Assembly: GCF_963921235.1 (NCBI RefSeq)
Contig: NC_086108.1
Coordinates: 35,032,001 to 35,096,000 of the forward strand
Direction of reading: 5' to 3'
DNA length: 64,000 nucleotides
Source of the DNA: Mobula hypostoma
Lineage: Eukaryota
Made by a program: the position numbers and the translations under genes. This document shows, in pieces, positions 1-56,666 of this stretch (positions within the stretch are counted from its first letter, which is position 1; the number at the start of each line of letters is the position of its first letter). Below the pieces are notes generated by a model. That model had not been told where the DNA came from. It saw only the letters and a list, made by a program, of their open reading frames with translations, and ran no database searches.

Positions 1-59
1 CCCTCCATAGCTGCTGCCTGTCCTGCTGAGTTCCTTCAGCATTTTCTGTATTGCTGTGG

Positions 60-350
60 ATTGGAGGGCATTGTATTAAATGAAATTGAACAAAATATGG
101 TTGTTTTCTGTGGTGTGGCAGAGGGGAGACCTAATGGAAATTTATAAAAGTAATGAGAACCATAGATAGACAGCCACTATAATTTGTCTCACGATCAAAA
201 TGTCTAATACTGCAGGGCATTGGCACAGAGACAGTAAAGTTCAAAGGAGGTGTGTGGGGCAAGTTGTTTTTTTTTCCACTGAGCATAGGTGCCTGGAAAT
301 GTGCTGCTAGGTGTGGTGGAGACAGATAAGATAGAGGTATTTAAGAGGCA
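60..350 (+). mobile_element. Decayed CR1 LINE 3' fragment
   Basis: Matches the RGDL..YK / GH..K region seen in other CR1 copies in the window. Confidence 0.6.
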
Positions 351-552
351 GAAACGTTTAGTCATCATTAGCTTTTTTTTTGTTCAGCACAAGAACCTTG
401 TGCGGTACTGTTCTATATCAGGATTTAACATTACTTTAGAACTATGTATTTACATGGAATTTGACACAAAAAGGATATTGTTAGCTTTTTTTTTGTTTGC
501 TGTATTGTTTGAAAGAAGCCATAATACTCTTTGTTTTTAATATCTCTTCCAG

Positions 553-42738
<42,186 letters not shown>

Positions 42739-42961
42739 AATCCTTTTTACAGTTACTTCAAAATTTTGTACAACTTATTTTTAACTTTTTAAAAAATCTT
42801 CTGTCTCTTCTGCTTATTCTTAACAAGCAGCAAATTATTCTTGATCAGATATTTCAAAGCTAACATATTTGTCACTGCTTGACCTAATTTGTATATAACG
42901 TGATCAAAAATGACAGCCTCTGCCGGTATAATGTCTATACATATTATGGTATGTGTTTTGA

Positions 42962-43021
42962 AATAAATATGAAAATAAACTGCAGATTAATGAGGGTTGC
43001 TATAGTTAATACGCAAATAAA
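42962..43021 (+). terminator. Candidate NUF2 polyadenylation signals (three AATAAA)
   Basis: AATAAA at about 42962, 42974 and 43016, roughly 220-280 nt after the stop codon. Confidence 0.6.
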
Positions 43022-45394
43022 ATGTGAATGTGTTTCATAGATTAACTGCTGTTGAAATAATGGTAAAGGATTGTCGAGGGAGATTGCCTGTTGCCTAAAC
43101 CGCCAGAGGTCTTTTCAAACTCCCACAGTAATGCTGAATGGCGGGAAGGTTGCACCTTGAATTCAGGTATAATTGGTTCAATGACAGATTACAATCTTTG
43201 CAGGAAAATGGGAGGGTGGTGACATGTTGATCTAATCTCTACATGGAGCCTTTAAGCTACCTTTATCACACAACTCCAACTCCAGTGTAATTTTTCTCCC
43301 ATTGTAATTAGCCCTCTAATCCTTTCTTCTTTGTGAATGTATCAGGTGTGCCATTTCAATCATCTTGTGTGGTACTGAGTTACACCTTCTCTAAAATTAT
43401 TTTTATTAACTTGTTGCTCTCTGATTTTCATGCCTCTTTTGTTAAGTGTTGTGCCTATCAATCTCTTCACTATCCCATACATATCCTCTCTGCTCTTTAG
43501 ATGCATAGTCATAAAGCACACAACAGCCCTTTGGCTCAGCTTGTCTATGCTAACCAAGATGTCTATCTGAGCTAGTACCATTTGCCTGCATTTGGCCCAT
43601 ATCCATCCAAGCCATTTTAATCCAGTACAATAGCCACCTTCCAGTCTTCTGATACCTCACCTGGGGCTAAGTATGATGCAAATATCTTTGCCAGGTCCTT
43701 TGTAAATTTCTTGCTTAGCTTCCCAAAATGTTCTTCGTCCCTCTGTTGCCATGTGGATATCCAGAATAGTCTGTTCTGAGTGACCTTCTGACTATTGTTG
43801 AGCTGTAACAAGCCTTGCATGCATAATGTGCCTTTTAATGTAAAATTACCTAAAATGCTTCACCATTGTGCCTCAATCCACATAACTGGTGACTGAAAGT
43901 TTAGTGAAACCTTTTATTTTGGAAGAGTCTTGGAGTAGGTTGCAGTTGAAATATTTTGAAAATTCCAAAAATATATCGATTGGTAATGGTAGAGCTCTAA
44001 AAATCAGGAGCACAGTATTAAACAGAATTCAAGTGCAAGGATTTCGTGAGGTTGTAGTTTAGAGGCCAGCAAAGAGGCAAGGAAGGGATTTCTTTTCATG
44101 CGAGAATGGAGCAATCATCTTCTCAAAGACAGTGAAATAATGACAATGCTGTTTTAGCAATGATTATTGAAGGATAGTTACTTGCCAAACCACTGTGGAA
44201 ATCTCTCTTGCTACTTAAAATAGCACCATGGGACCTTTGACAGCCATTTGAAAGCTAGAGCCATGAGTTAATGCTCGTCTTGTCCTTTGTGGAAATTGTT
44301 GACTTGCTGTACAGCTGTTTTGGCAGTTTTACCATTTGCCCTTTTAACATGCTGGTACTCCATTTAGATTTTTCTTAAAAAGCATTCAGGGATTAATCTG
44401 CAAATTACGTGATTTAAGCGCAATTGTTAACGTGATTGGAAGTGTAAATGAGTATTAAAAATGTAATTCTTCAGTGATATACTGGGGACAATACTAAATT
44501 AATTATTCGCTGTGGGGACAGAAGTCTGATGGGTAAGAAAGGCAAACAAAATTCAAACTGTCCAGTGATGGTTGCTGGCAACTTGATTTCCATTGAGAAG
44601 GTTTAACTTTATTCCAATTATCAGTTTGGAGGTGGGATGATGATACTTTTAGACCATATCTAACATTTATTATAGACATATCCTCACCCCTCCATCTTTG
44701 TAATCTTGTTCAGGCCTACAATTCTCTGCCGTATCTGTATTTCTCCCTTTTTTTAAAGCCATCCAAGTCTGATCACTCAGCTTTATTTGTTCAGAATTCT
44801 TTCTACCGTTTTTGTATATTTTATTAAAACCTACATTTTTAAGTCCAGATTTTATTAGGAATTGGTTCTATGGAGCAATGTTTTGAATGTCAAAATACAG
44901 GTCAGCATTAATTAAAGCTATTAATTTTAATAGCTGCTTTCTTTCAAGTTTTTTTGGAAACCTTGAAATTCCTTCAAACTGCATTGCATGAATAATATTT
45001 GAAAGCCAAAACTGATAATGTTTGTTCTTTTAAAATCCTGTCATGGTCTAGATGGCAGCAATGATGCATTTAGTTATATCAGGTTACCATTATTTCTTGT
45101 CCATTTAAAGGTCCAGGTCAAAAAATAATTTATAATTGGTAATAATACAACTCAGTGCACTGTTTTTCAGACCATAGATTTGACTTGTTCCTGTAGTTTC
45201 TTGCGCTGCGTAATACTTGGTGAATTCTTCTGGGTGAATATTACTCAAATGAAATGAGAAGGCAGTTGAAAATTATGATAAGGTGTATCATCAAAAGATG
45301 TTCTTTCATAATGTCACGAGAACCAGTAATCAAAGCAGTGTAACTTTTTTTTTGCCATTATTGCAGTCGCCCTCCAGCATTGCATGCAAGTGGT

Positions 45395-46495
45395 GGAAGA
45401 AATCATAGTCATAGGGAAATACAGCACAGAAAGAGCCACATTCTTCCCACTAAGTTTGCGCTGGCCAGCAGGCATGCATTTTTTTACACTAATCCTACCT
45501 TAACCCTTTTTATTCTCCCTGTATTGCCAACAATTCTTCCCCCATCTCAACATGCCAATACACTCTCTACCCACTAGGGCCATTTTGCTGTGGCGAATTA
45601 ACCTATCAACAAGCACTAAGGGTCATAGAAGAAAACGAGAGACCCAAAGGGAGTCCAAGTGATCACAAGGAGAATATGCAAGTTCCACGTAGACAGCAGC
45701 ACTGGAGGTCAGGACTGAATGTCCAGAGTCTATGCAACTTGTTGAGCTATTTAGGGAGCATGTCATGTGAATAGGCTGAGCAAGTAGGAATTTTCTTTCT
45801 GGAGTGACTTGATAGAAATATACAAGATGAGAGGCATAGATCAAGTGGCTAGCCAGAGACCTTTTCTAGGGTGGAAATGGCTAATACAAGGGGGAATATC
45901 TTCAAGGCGATTGGAGGACAGATAAATTAAGGGCATTTAAGAAACTTTTATTTAGGCAATATGGATGATAGAAAAATGGAGGGCTACATAGGAGGGAAGG
46001 GTTAGATTGATCTTGAGTTAAAAGTTTGGCACAACATCATGGGCTGAAGGGCCTGTACTGTGCTGTGATGTTCTATTTTCTAATTATTATTATTATTGTC
46101 GCTCCATTATAGGAAGGATTAGAGGGTGTTGTCTGGATAGACAAACTTGGGTTGTTTTCTTTGGAGTTGCAGAGGCTGAGGGGAGAATTGATAGTAGTTT
46201 GCGATTGAGGGCATAGACAGAGTGGATGACCAATATTTTTTTCTCAGTGTTGAAATGTCTACTACTAAAAGGCCTAAGGAGATGTGTGGTGCAAGTTTCT
46301 TGCAGGGTGGTGGATGCCTGGAAAGCATTGCCAGGGTTGGTGGTAGAGGCAAATATGATAGAGATGTTTCAGAGGTGAATGTGTAGAGAATAGAGGCAAA
46401 AGGAACAAGTTTAGTAGGCATTTAATTTCTAATTTAGTTATTTTGGCACTACATTATGGGCCAAAGGGCCTGTTTCTGTGCTGTTCTATGTTAAC
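45395..46495. mobile_element. Cluster of a V-SINE-like remnant (-) and two CR1 3' ends (+)
   Basis: V-domain-like segment at about 45590-45720; CR1 3'UTR gggcctgtactgtgctgt at about 46050 and 46470. Confidence 0.6.
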
Positions 46496-46889
46496 TGAGT
46501 CTGATTTTAGTTCATTAGGTCCATTCCTATGCACAAGTGCTTCCAAAATAACTTGCTGGATAATGGTAAGAACACACCGTAATTTCATTCCCACTGCCAC
46601 TCTCCTATTGTTTCTTTCCTGCTTCTAGTAGAAAACTGGCCAACTGCAGTGGCCTTGGTTTAGCTCTAACAACAGTGATCAGACCAGACAGTCTTCCAAG
46701 AAAACGGCTCAGGATCAGGTGAACCAAAATTCATTTTGGGAGTTTCCTTGATTTTGCAAACAATGTTTCCCATAGCATAAACAGCTGAATTTTGGACATC
46801 TGTTCAAGATCAAAAATAAAAATCTTCAGCTAGCTTTGCATTTTATCATCCCAATTTTTATAGTAGCAAAGATAACTTGAAATCATTTT

Positions 46890-49325
46890 AGCTTCTTGCA
46901 ACATCCTTGCAGGCAAGTTTGTTAGAGCTTTTTGGGAGGGTTTTAACTAATTTGTTGGGGGGGGGTGGTGAGAACTGGAGTGATAGTGCTGAGGATGGCG
47001 TGATTGGTTTACAAACAGAAACAGTGTGTAGTGAGTCTGCTAGTAAGGAGAAGATGGTGATAGATCACAATTGAAGTCAAAGCGATGAGCTGCAATGTAA
47101 AAGGGGGACAAAATCAAAGAGTGAGTACAAGACTGAAGGTGTTAAATTTGAATGCACACAGTATACGGAATAAGATAGTTGAACTTGTAGCATAGTTACA
47201 GATTGGCATGTATAACATGGGCATCACTGAACTGTGGCTGAAAAGTTATAGCTGGGAGTTTAACATCCAAGGATACACTTTGTATCGAAAGGACAGATGA
47301 GGGTGGGATGGCACTGTTGGTAAAAAGTGAAATCATATTAGAAAGAGGTGACATAGGATCAGAAGGTATAGAATTGTGCGTAGAGCTAAGAAACTGAAAG
47401 GGTAAAAAGACCCTGATGTGAGTTATATACAGACCTCTGAACAGTAGCAACAATAGGATTGAAAAATTACAATGGGTGATAGAAAATGCATATCAAAGGG
47501 ACAAAATTATTATAGTCACGGGGGATTTCAATATACAGGTAGATTGGAAAAATCGAGTTGGTGCTGGATCCCAAGAGGGGGAATTTGTAGAGTGCCTGTG
47601 AGATGGCTTTCTAGAGCAGCTCATAGTAGAACCAACAAGAGGATCAGCTATTCTGAATTGGGTGTTGTGCAATGATCTGGGATTGATTAGAGAACTTGGG
47701 TAATGGAACCCTTTGGGTTCAGTGAACATGATATGATAGAATTCACCCTGAAATTTGAGAAGGAGAGTCTAAAGTCAGATTTATCACTATTACAGTGGAG
47801 TAAAGGGAATTACAGAGGCATGAGAGAGAAACTGGCTGAAGTTGATTGGAAGGTAATACTAGCAACAATGACTGCAGAGCAGCAATGGCTGGAGTTTCTG
47901 TGAGCATGGGATAGATGCATCACAAGGAAGAAGCAGTATTCTAAAGGCAGGATGACACAACCATAGCTGCCAAGAGAAGTCAAAGTCAACAGAAAAGCCA
48001 AAGAGAGGCTATATAATAGAACAAAAATTAGTGGGAAGTTAGAGGATTGGGAAGCTTTTAAAAACCAACAGATGGCAACTTAAAAAGTCATAAAGAAGGA
48101 AAAGATGGGATATGAAGGTAAGCTGGCCAATAATATTATAGAGGATACAAAAAGTTTCTTCAGATACATAAAGTGCAAAAGAGAGGTGAAAATAGATATT
48201 GGACCACTGGAAAATGATACTGGAGCAGTAGTAATGGAGGACGAGGAAATGGCAGATGAGCTGAATTAAGTATTTTGCATCAGTCTTCACTGTGCAGTAT
48301 AGTGGAAGTTCCTGGTGTCAGGGGGTACCATAACTAGAGAGAAAGCTCTTAGGAAACTGAAAGGTCTGAAGGTAGTTAAGTCACCTGGACTAGATGGTAT
48401 ATGTCCCGGGGTTCAGAAAGAGGTGGCTGAAGAGATTGTGGAGACATTAGTAATGATCTTTCAAGAATCATGAAATTCTGAGGGACAAAATCAAAAAGGG
48501 TGATGAATATAGGACTGAAGGTGTTATATTGAATGCATCCATAATATGAAATAAGATGAACTTGTAGCATAGTTACAGGTTGGCATGTATGATTTTGTGG
48601 ATATCTCTGAATCATGCCTAAAAGATTATGGCTGGGAGCTTAACATCCAAGGATACACATTGTATCGAAAGGACAAGTGGGTAGAGGGGATGGGCTGGCA
48701 CTCTTGGTTTAAAAGAAAAGTGAAATATAATTAGAAAGGGGTGACATAGGATCAGAAGATATAGAATCGTTGTGCGTAGAACTAAGGAACTACAAGTGTA
48801 AAAGGACCCTGATGTGAGTTATGTACGATTAAGTATTTTGCATCAGTCTTCACTGTGAAAGTGTGTTGGGGCAGAAGGAGTGAAATTGCCAATACTAGGG
48901 AGAAGGTGCTTGGAAAACTGAAAGATCTGAAACTAGGTTGAGTGAACTTGGCCTATTCTCCTTGGAGCAACAGAGGATTAGAAGTGTATAAGATGATGAG
49001 AGGCGTTGATCATGTGGATAGCCAGAGGCTTTTACCCAGTGCTGAAATGGCTAACACAATGGGGTTTTAAGGTGCTTGGAAGTATGTGCAAGGGGGATGT
49101 CTAATCTAATGTCTGAAGTAAGTTTTTCACACAGTGAGTGGTGGCTGTGTGGAATGCACTGCCAGTGAAGGTGATAGAGGCAGATACAATAAGTACATGG
49201 AGCTCAGAAATATAGGGAGCTGTGCGGTAGGGAAATTCTAAGCAGTTTCTCCAGTAGGGTGCATGGTTGGCACAACATTGTGAGCCGAAGGACCTGTAAT
49301 GTGCTGTATATTTCTATGTTTCCAT
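46890..49325 (+). mobile_element. Decayed CR1 LINE mosaic with the EN-start segment present twice
   Basis: ITELWL, GDFN and EHDMIEF remnants; 47103-47430 is paralleled by 48481-48825; CR1 3'UTR at about 49300. Confidence 0.8.
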
Positions 49326-50839
49326 GAAAACAGCATCTGTCGTGAGGGATCCCCACCACCCACAACATGCTCTCTTCTCACTACTGCCATCAGGAAGAAG
49401 AGACAGGAGCCTCAGGACTCGCACCACCAGATTCGGGAACAGTCATCACTCCTCAGCCATCAGGCTCATGAACCAAAGGGGATAACTTCACTTACCCCAT
49501 CATTGAAATGTTCCTACAAGCCTGCGACAATGTTTCGTGTGGACGTGCTCAATGGTGGGGAGGGCTTACTAGTGATAGACTGGGCTGTATCCACTGCTTT
49601 TTGTAGGACTTTCCATTCAAGGGCATACTAGGCTGTGGTGCAGCCAGCGTGTCAGGATTTTAGATGTCATGCCAAATCTTCACAAACTTCTAAGGAAGTA
49701 GAGGCGCTGCTCTACTTTTTATGCAATATATCCCTACAATGAGCTCAATAGCGTAGCAGTGGTGCTTTTTTTAAGTTTGGAAGTAATCTTCATCTGTTTT
49801 AATAATTTGTCTATTTTTCATTACCTCCAAAAATACTGAAAGAAAATTTAGTTTAGAAGCTGGAGTTTGTAGTCATCATTTATTATGATTGAACTACTGT
49901 ATGCATAAAATGTGTTGTATGTAAGTCTTAATACAGCGGTGTCTGGTTTGGATTGGATTGCAGCCCCTTAGGAATTGGACCATGTGTTTCTGATTGAAAC
50001 TCAGTTGGATGCAGATGACAACTTTTCCAGCATCATTCTTGTACATAATGCAAGCACGTGCCTGACAATTCCCTTTGCCTCACTAAGAGAAAGTGGGCTG
50101 ATAACGTGCAATGCAGAGACTTTATCTTTACCTCCCAGTAAAACAGTGGGCAGGACGCTACCAGCATATTGATCAGGTGACATCAATTAACAGGCTCCAT
50201 TGAGATACTGATACTTGTAACCTGCCTGTCTGAGCAGTCAATGCTGTGCATTTTTGTCACTTGCTAGGAGGTGCTGCAGAATTGAAGGCATCCACAAAAG
50301 CTGAAATTTATGATGAGGCCAATGTGTAATCCTCAAGCACTGTCTCAAGTGGGACAGGAAGTGCTTTATTTATAAGGAAACATGTCTGGCACCTCTTTGA
50401 CCTTTGTGGAATATTGAAAAACTGAGAAAGAGTGGACATGCAGAGGATGTTTCCTATAGTGGAGGGCAGAGCCTCAGTATATGGATGACCTTTTAGAACA
50501 GAGATGAGCAGTATTTCTTTAGCCAGAGTGTGATAAATCTGTGGAATGACCATTGGGTATATTTAAAGCTGATTTGAATAGGATATTGATTTCTAATGCT
50601 GAAAGGCTGGAGCAGACTCAATGGGCCGAATGGCCTGATTCTGCTCCTATGCCTAATGGTTTAAGAGTATATTCAGGAGATGGAGTGCTCTTTTTGCTTT
50701 TCATGCTGTTCTCGGTGCCATTTTGCATACTACTCCAGTGATGGACTAGGCATTCCCAGGAGTCAGTGAGGTTGTGACATGTTTTCAAGTAGGATTTGAG
50801 AATGTCTTTGAACCATTTTGTCAATTCCCCTGTTAATTT

Positions 50840-51470
50840 CTTAGATACAGAGCACTGAAACAGGCCTTTCAGCCCAATGGTTCTATGCCAACCCAGATTC
50901 CTATTTAAGCTACTCCAATTGCCCACACTTGGATCATTTCCTCTAAAGCAGGGGTTGTCCACAGACCTCTCAATTAATGGTAGGGATTCATGGTGTAAAA
51001 AAAGCTTGGGACCTCCCCTCCCCCCCCCACTTTAAACCTTTCTTATTCATGTGCCTGTCCAAGTGCCTTTTAAATGCTGTTAATCTATCTTTCTCATCCT
51101 CTTCCAGTGGCAGCTCATTCCATATATTGACCTCCCTTTGGGTGTAAAAATTACCCCTTAGGTTCCTATTAAATCTCTTCCCACTCACCTTAAACCTATG
51201 TACTCTAGTTCTTGATTCCCCAACGTTAAGACAAATACTGTGTGCATTCACCCTGTCTGTGCGTCTTGAAATCTTCATCTCCTCTATAAGATCACCACTT
51301 ACTCTCCTATGATGAAATGAAAATAGTCCTAACCTTCTCAGTCTCTCTCCATTACTCACTCGTTCAAGTCCCATTAACATCCTTGTAAATCTCTGCTGGA
51401 CTCTTTGCAGCTTAGTGGCTTCTTGCCTATAGCAAGGTGACCTAAACTGAATGTAATGTTCCATATGCAG
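50840..51470 (-). mobile_element. CR1 3' fragment
   Basis: ORF 50988-51464: RVQQRFTRML...SGDLIE...RGNFYTQR. Confidence 0.85.
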
Positions 51471-54049
51471 CCTCCCCAGCAGCTCTCGCCTTGAGGGAGC
51501 TCAGACTGGAGTGCCTGTTGCAGGAACATGACCAGTATGGCACAAGAACAATGTGGCAATAAACCCGCGCCTTTTCTCTTTCCATCAAGAGATCCATTGA
51601 GAGAGTACTGTAAGTTTTTGATCTACTTGCCCTGATCTTCAGGTTACAAGTTGCAACCCTGTAGGCTGTTGTGGTAGGGAACAGTGCTCGCATTTTTATT
51701 GCAGCAGTCAGGGTACAAATTACCCTAATGATTTATAAGAGGTGGTTTTCCCAATTTCACAATTGTTTGCAAGCACTTCAATTGGATCTTAGAGGGGGTG
51801 GGTCTGCACTTGGTTCTATTGAATAAAGATAAAATCCAATTCCTTGGCACAAATCTTTTATGCTTAATTTTATGTTTTTGAGGAGACTAGATGAACCACA
51901 CAGGTTTTATTGGCATGCTGACATGGATCACCCTTAATCCATGCCCTCTAGTAGTGAACACTTCAACCATTGGAAAAAGATACCAGTTGTCCATTCCATC
52001 TGTGACTCTCATTATCTTATAAACTCCTATGAAATCAGAAAATGGGAAATACAAGGGAAAGTGAGTCATTTAGCCCCTAAAGCCTGCCGTACCAATCAAA
52101 TACTATTCTTTATGTGACTGGGTGATGGGTACAGTTGAAACATAAAAGGCCAAGAATCTATACTTTATAGAAGGCACCAAAGTTAGTCTAGGGTTTTAAT
52201 GTTTGATACTCTGATGTAAAGATACTAGCAAGGAAGCATTTGTTGTCTATGGCCAACTGCCCTGAAGGGTGATGATGGGTTTGGCCACAAATTAATCAAT
52301 TTTTGTTGCATTGACAATACTCTTGCAGCTGTGTGTATGTATATGTGTGTGTGTGTGTGGGGGGGGGTTGTATTGCGGGATTTTGACGTGCAGTGAAGAA
52401 AGAAAGCAAATCATGAAGTTCGAATGATGTGTAATTTGGATGGCTGGGAACTTGAAGGTGATAACATTGGTGCCCTTGTCCACCTCAATGAGAAGGTGAC
52501 AATGTGAGTTAAACTTGTTGAAGTAAGCTTGACAATTTTCTGCTGTTCATCAGATAAATTGTACATGTTGCAGAGTGAGATGATTATCTTTAAATAATTA
52601 AGAATTAACCTTGGAATATGCCATTTGGCTGTGGACATCTTTCATATTAAGCCTTATACTGATTGGTGTGTGTAGGCTATTTCACAAGTAGTTAGGAATT
52701 TTGATTACATTTCTGGGCATCTGGGATTACAATGAGGCCAGAACTCGGGCCTGGTGAACCAAGTTGCTTTGTTTAGTGGTCTGGGAGGATTTAGAGGCAC
52801 TGCTATTAAAAGAGGTTTTAAATTTAAGTTTGATTTAATTTACGCCTTTAAACTGGAACACATGTACTTGCACCTGTCATCCTGCATCAGGTGATGCTGC
52901 ATGATTGGTGTAAGTGTGGATCCGTGCTAGGTAAGTAGCTACACCATCTCTCTTGGCTAGTAAATTACTGCTTGTAGACCATCTGCTCAGTAAGGGGTTG
53001 CTGATCCATGCAGAGAATTCAATCTCTCACAAGGTGTATTATTTTACACAGGTAATATTATTGCAAAGATTATGCAGTGTGCCACATGGATAGAATGTTA
53101 TTCATTTTCTCCTTAGAAGTTATTGCATTCATTTTGCTGCCTGTGTACTTTAGGGACTTGTTACCCAGTAATTTCTGTAATTTTCCCTTTTAACTCTGGA
53201 GATAAATTTAATTATTATTGTAAACCCAACTTCTCTTCAGTTCAGGAAACACATATTTAAGTTTAGTTGCACTAACTTGCCAAAACCTATCCTTCCCCTG
53301 TCTTTAATCTAAGTAGAATCATTTGAAACTGTTTCATGAGAGCCACGTTCCATCATTATGTTGTGTGAAGTACGCTGCTATGCATGAATTTACCAGCAGA
53401 GGTCAGTAGATAACCAAAAATGGATGTGTTCTATTTTCTCAGAGGCTATCTATAGCTCTAAAGTGCCCTACTGAGAGCTTCAGGCTGTTATTCAACCTGT
53501 GAGTTTTCTGGTTTGATTCTCCTCTGAACTGATAGCTTTATCCCACCAGAGGGTCTGGGTGCAGAGAGTCTGGTGCAGTTCTGAGGGATTATTGAGCCGT
53601 CAATGCTGTTATCTGTTAGTGCAATATCAAAAATCAAAACTTAACTTTCTATTTGTATTTATAAATTGATTGCTGCATTTCAAAAACAACCATTTCACAA
53701 TGGCTGAATATATATGTATTTAATACAGAATTACTGAAAATGCTTTGCTGCCAGTGAAAGAAATGTAAGAGTTAATTTGTGTATAACAAGACCCACAAAC
53801 AGCCAACTGTTTTTGGTGCTCTCAATTAAGAGTGAAATAACTGAAGAAGGCAGAATGCCCCTATTCCTCAAAAGTGTCAATACTACTTTTTTGTCCATCT
53901 AAAAAGGCAGATTTATGTCTTATCTCTGACAATGGAACACTTCCTCAGCACTGAATTGTAGCATTATGTGCGGAAGTCTCTATAGTCATGCTAAGATCCA
54001 CAAACTTTGACTAAGCTATGTTTGGTAATGGTATGTGCTCCTATAACTG

Positions 54050-54470
54050 CAAATTTATCACTAATTCCTGAAGTTGTGTCATTGAAGTTTATTATCACTG
54101 ACTTAAATGATGCGAAATTTGTTGTTTTGCGACAGCAACACAGTGTAAAACTATATTACACAAAATAAATAAACAGTGCAACACAAAGGGAATAATGAGG
54201 TAGTGTTCATAGGTTCACAAAATAAATAATCCTTTGTAAATTTAATGGTGGAGAGGAAGGAGCTGGTCCTGAATCATTGAATATGGGTCTTCTGGTTCCT
54301 GTACCTCCTTCCTGATGGTAAAAATGAGAAGAGGGGCATGTCCTACATGCTTGGACGTTGCCTTCTTGAGATACTGCCTCAGTAGAAAGAGGGCTGTGCC
54401 TGTGATGGAACTGGCTGAGTACATAACCCTCTGCAGCTCCTTGCAATCTTGGGATGTATACGTGGGGAGA
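54050..54470 (-). mobile_element. Rex1/L2-like LINE 3' fragment
   Basis: QDCKELQRVMYSASSITGT (ORF 54242-54556); tail is similar to 3020-3260. Confidence 0.65.
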
Positions 54471-55759
54471 AATACAACAAGAGAAGACGATGTTGGAGTC
54501 TGATTAATAATTTCCACTTGCTGCTGATCTAAGGATGCACTTCTAGCTGTGAGCATTACTCAGTGACTGTCCAATGTTGAAGAATTCTGAAGATTTGCTG
54601 CTGATCTGGTACTATCTAGTGTATAGTATGAAGGTGGAGAAGCTGTTGAAAATTCCAATCATTGGTAGGAGTGAGTTATTCATGGGGTGGGGGGGGCATT
54701 GTGTCTGCCACTCATTTAAGGGAGGGGAAAGAATCGAAGAGAACAGTACTTCTCAGTGACAGGAAGAAAGGGTGTACAACAACACCCTGTTGTGAATAGG
54801 TTGGACTTTAAAAGACGTAGTGGAAATGATTAATCATCTCCCAAGAATCTGCTCCTATTCTTCTTGATCTATCCTTCTTTCCACTGCTGCACCTCCAACA
54901 ATAATACAAGTTCAGCATCAAGCAGTATATTTTACTATAGTAAGGAACCCATATGCCACTAGAAGGCAGTGAAAGAAATGAGTGCTTTACCTCATTAATG
55001 TCTGGGCATCCGAGCCACTATGAGATTGTATACAAATGAGCATACAGGTAATGGATATACGTGAATGAGTAGGCTTGATATCAGGAAGTACAAATAGATT
55101 GGATCAAATAAACATGAGGGAGACAGCAGTTGCTGAAGCTCTGTGCAGGCCCAAATTGAAGATGTCTTTTCACAAGAGGCTCCCTTCTAATTTTTCAGTA
55201 GTTGCTTTTGGCTATGTAGATCAGTAGTTATACATTGATTTTAAATTTAATTTTGAGTTTTTTGTTGAAAATTTGTTTGTATGAAAGTCATGTTGTGCAA
55301 AACCTTAGTTAGGCCAAATTTGAAATACAGTGTTCAGTTCTGGTCACAGCATTACAGGAAGAATGTAGATATTTTGGAGAGGGTGTAGAAGTTGTTTACT
55401 AGGATGTTGCCCGGATTGCAAGGTTTAAGACACTTACACATTACTCTTCAAATAAGTTGTCAAATCTCAGCTAAAATAATGCTGGTGCATCATGGACCAC
55501 ATGGTTTACTTGTTTTTTTAAGGTAAACCTACACATTAAATCTTTGACAGTGCAACACTGTCCAGATTACATGGCTAAAATCCTGTAGTGGAGTTTGAAC
55601 GCTGTCTTTCCCTCACAGGACTATGAGTACTAAATAGAAATATCCCAAGCAGTGCCATTTTGTTTTCAGTACTTAATACTGTGTATGTGTATGTTTCACT
55701 TGTATCACCGCTGTTACTACTTTCCTCCTCTATGCCTGCCTTAAAATATATAACATTGC

Positions 55760-55783
55760 TTTATTGTTTAATATTCTTTATTT
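55760..55783 (-). terminator. Candidate RGS polyadenylation signals (two AATAAA on the - strand)
   Basis: tttatt on + at about 55760 and 55778, about 0.9 kb after the stop codon. Confidence 0.5.
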
Positions 55784-56666
55784 TGTTTTCTCTTAGTATT
55801 TACACCTGGAGAAAATCAAAGACTCATACATAAACAGTTAAATGAAAAAAACAACGGATAATGATGTGACAGCAAGATAACTTTTCCAGCTCAATGTGAT
55901 GCAAGTAGCTTGTCCTGCTCGGTGTGGAACTTGAGCTGCTACAGAACTCAATGAATAGGCTTCAAGGTGTCACTGGGAATTTTCAGCATCTGATATCATG
56001 TTTCAATATTAGGAATTATTTAAATATAGGTCTACAAAGACTTCTCTCACAGGTGAAGACTGTCAGAAGGTTTGGCTAATCCTTTTGCTAACCCAGGATA
56101 TCAACTAGTATAACTAAGATTTAATGTGAGAGCTTTAATGTCCATTTAGTATTTGTTGCATGCAAAAGTTTAATTTCCCTTGGAGCTTTTCAGGAGATTA
56201 AACTTGTGGGCATGCAGGTAGTAGATTAATTGCGTAAAACAACCCAAAAGCAGCAGGATACTGCTCTAATACTTCAAATAATTTCCTTAAACACTTTTGT
56301 AGAAGCTAGCCACTTGTTTCCCTAACAAAAGTCAGCATAAATTTGTCCTCATGCAGACTTCTCAAACCTTTTCCTATGTGGTATAACCAATATTACAGAA
56401 TAATTTACAGACATACAATAAATAATTTATACAATAGCAATAAAATATTTGTGTAAAAGTCTAACAGTCCCAATTCAGTATATGCTACTTCTTCAATGCC
56501 TTCAGCACATTCTTCAATATGTGTCCCATTCTTTATCTAAACCGTGCAAACTCATAGCTCACTAATAAGCCTTTTCCAACAATGTTTCCATTTATGCTTT
56601 CCATTCATATGCTCAGCTTGCGTTAGTGCTCTCATCAGATATCCCCAAAAGGTTTTCCTTCAAGAT

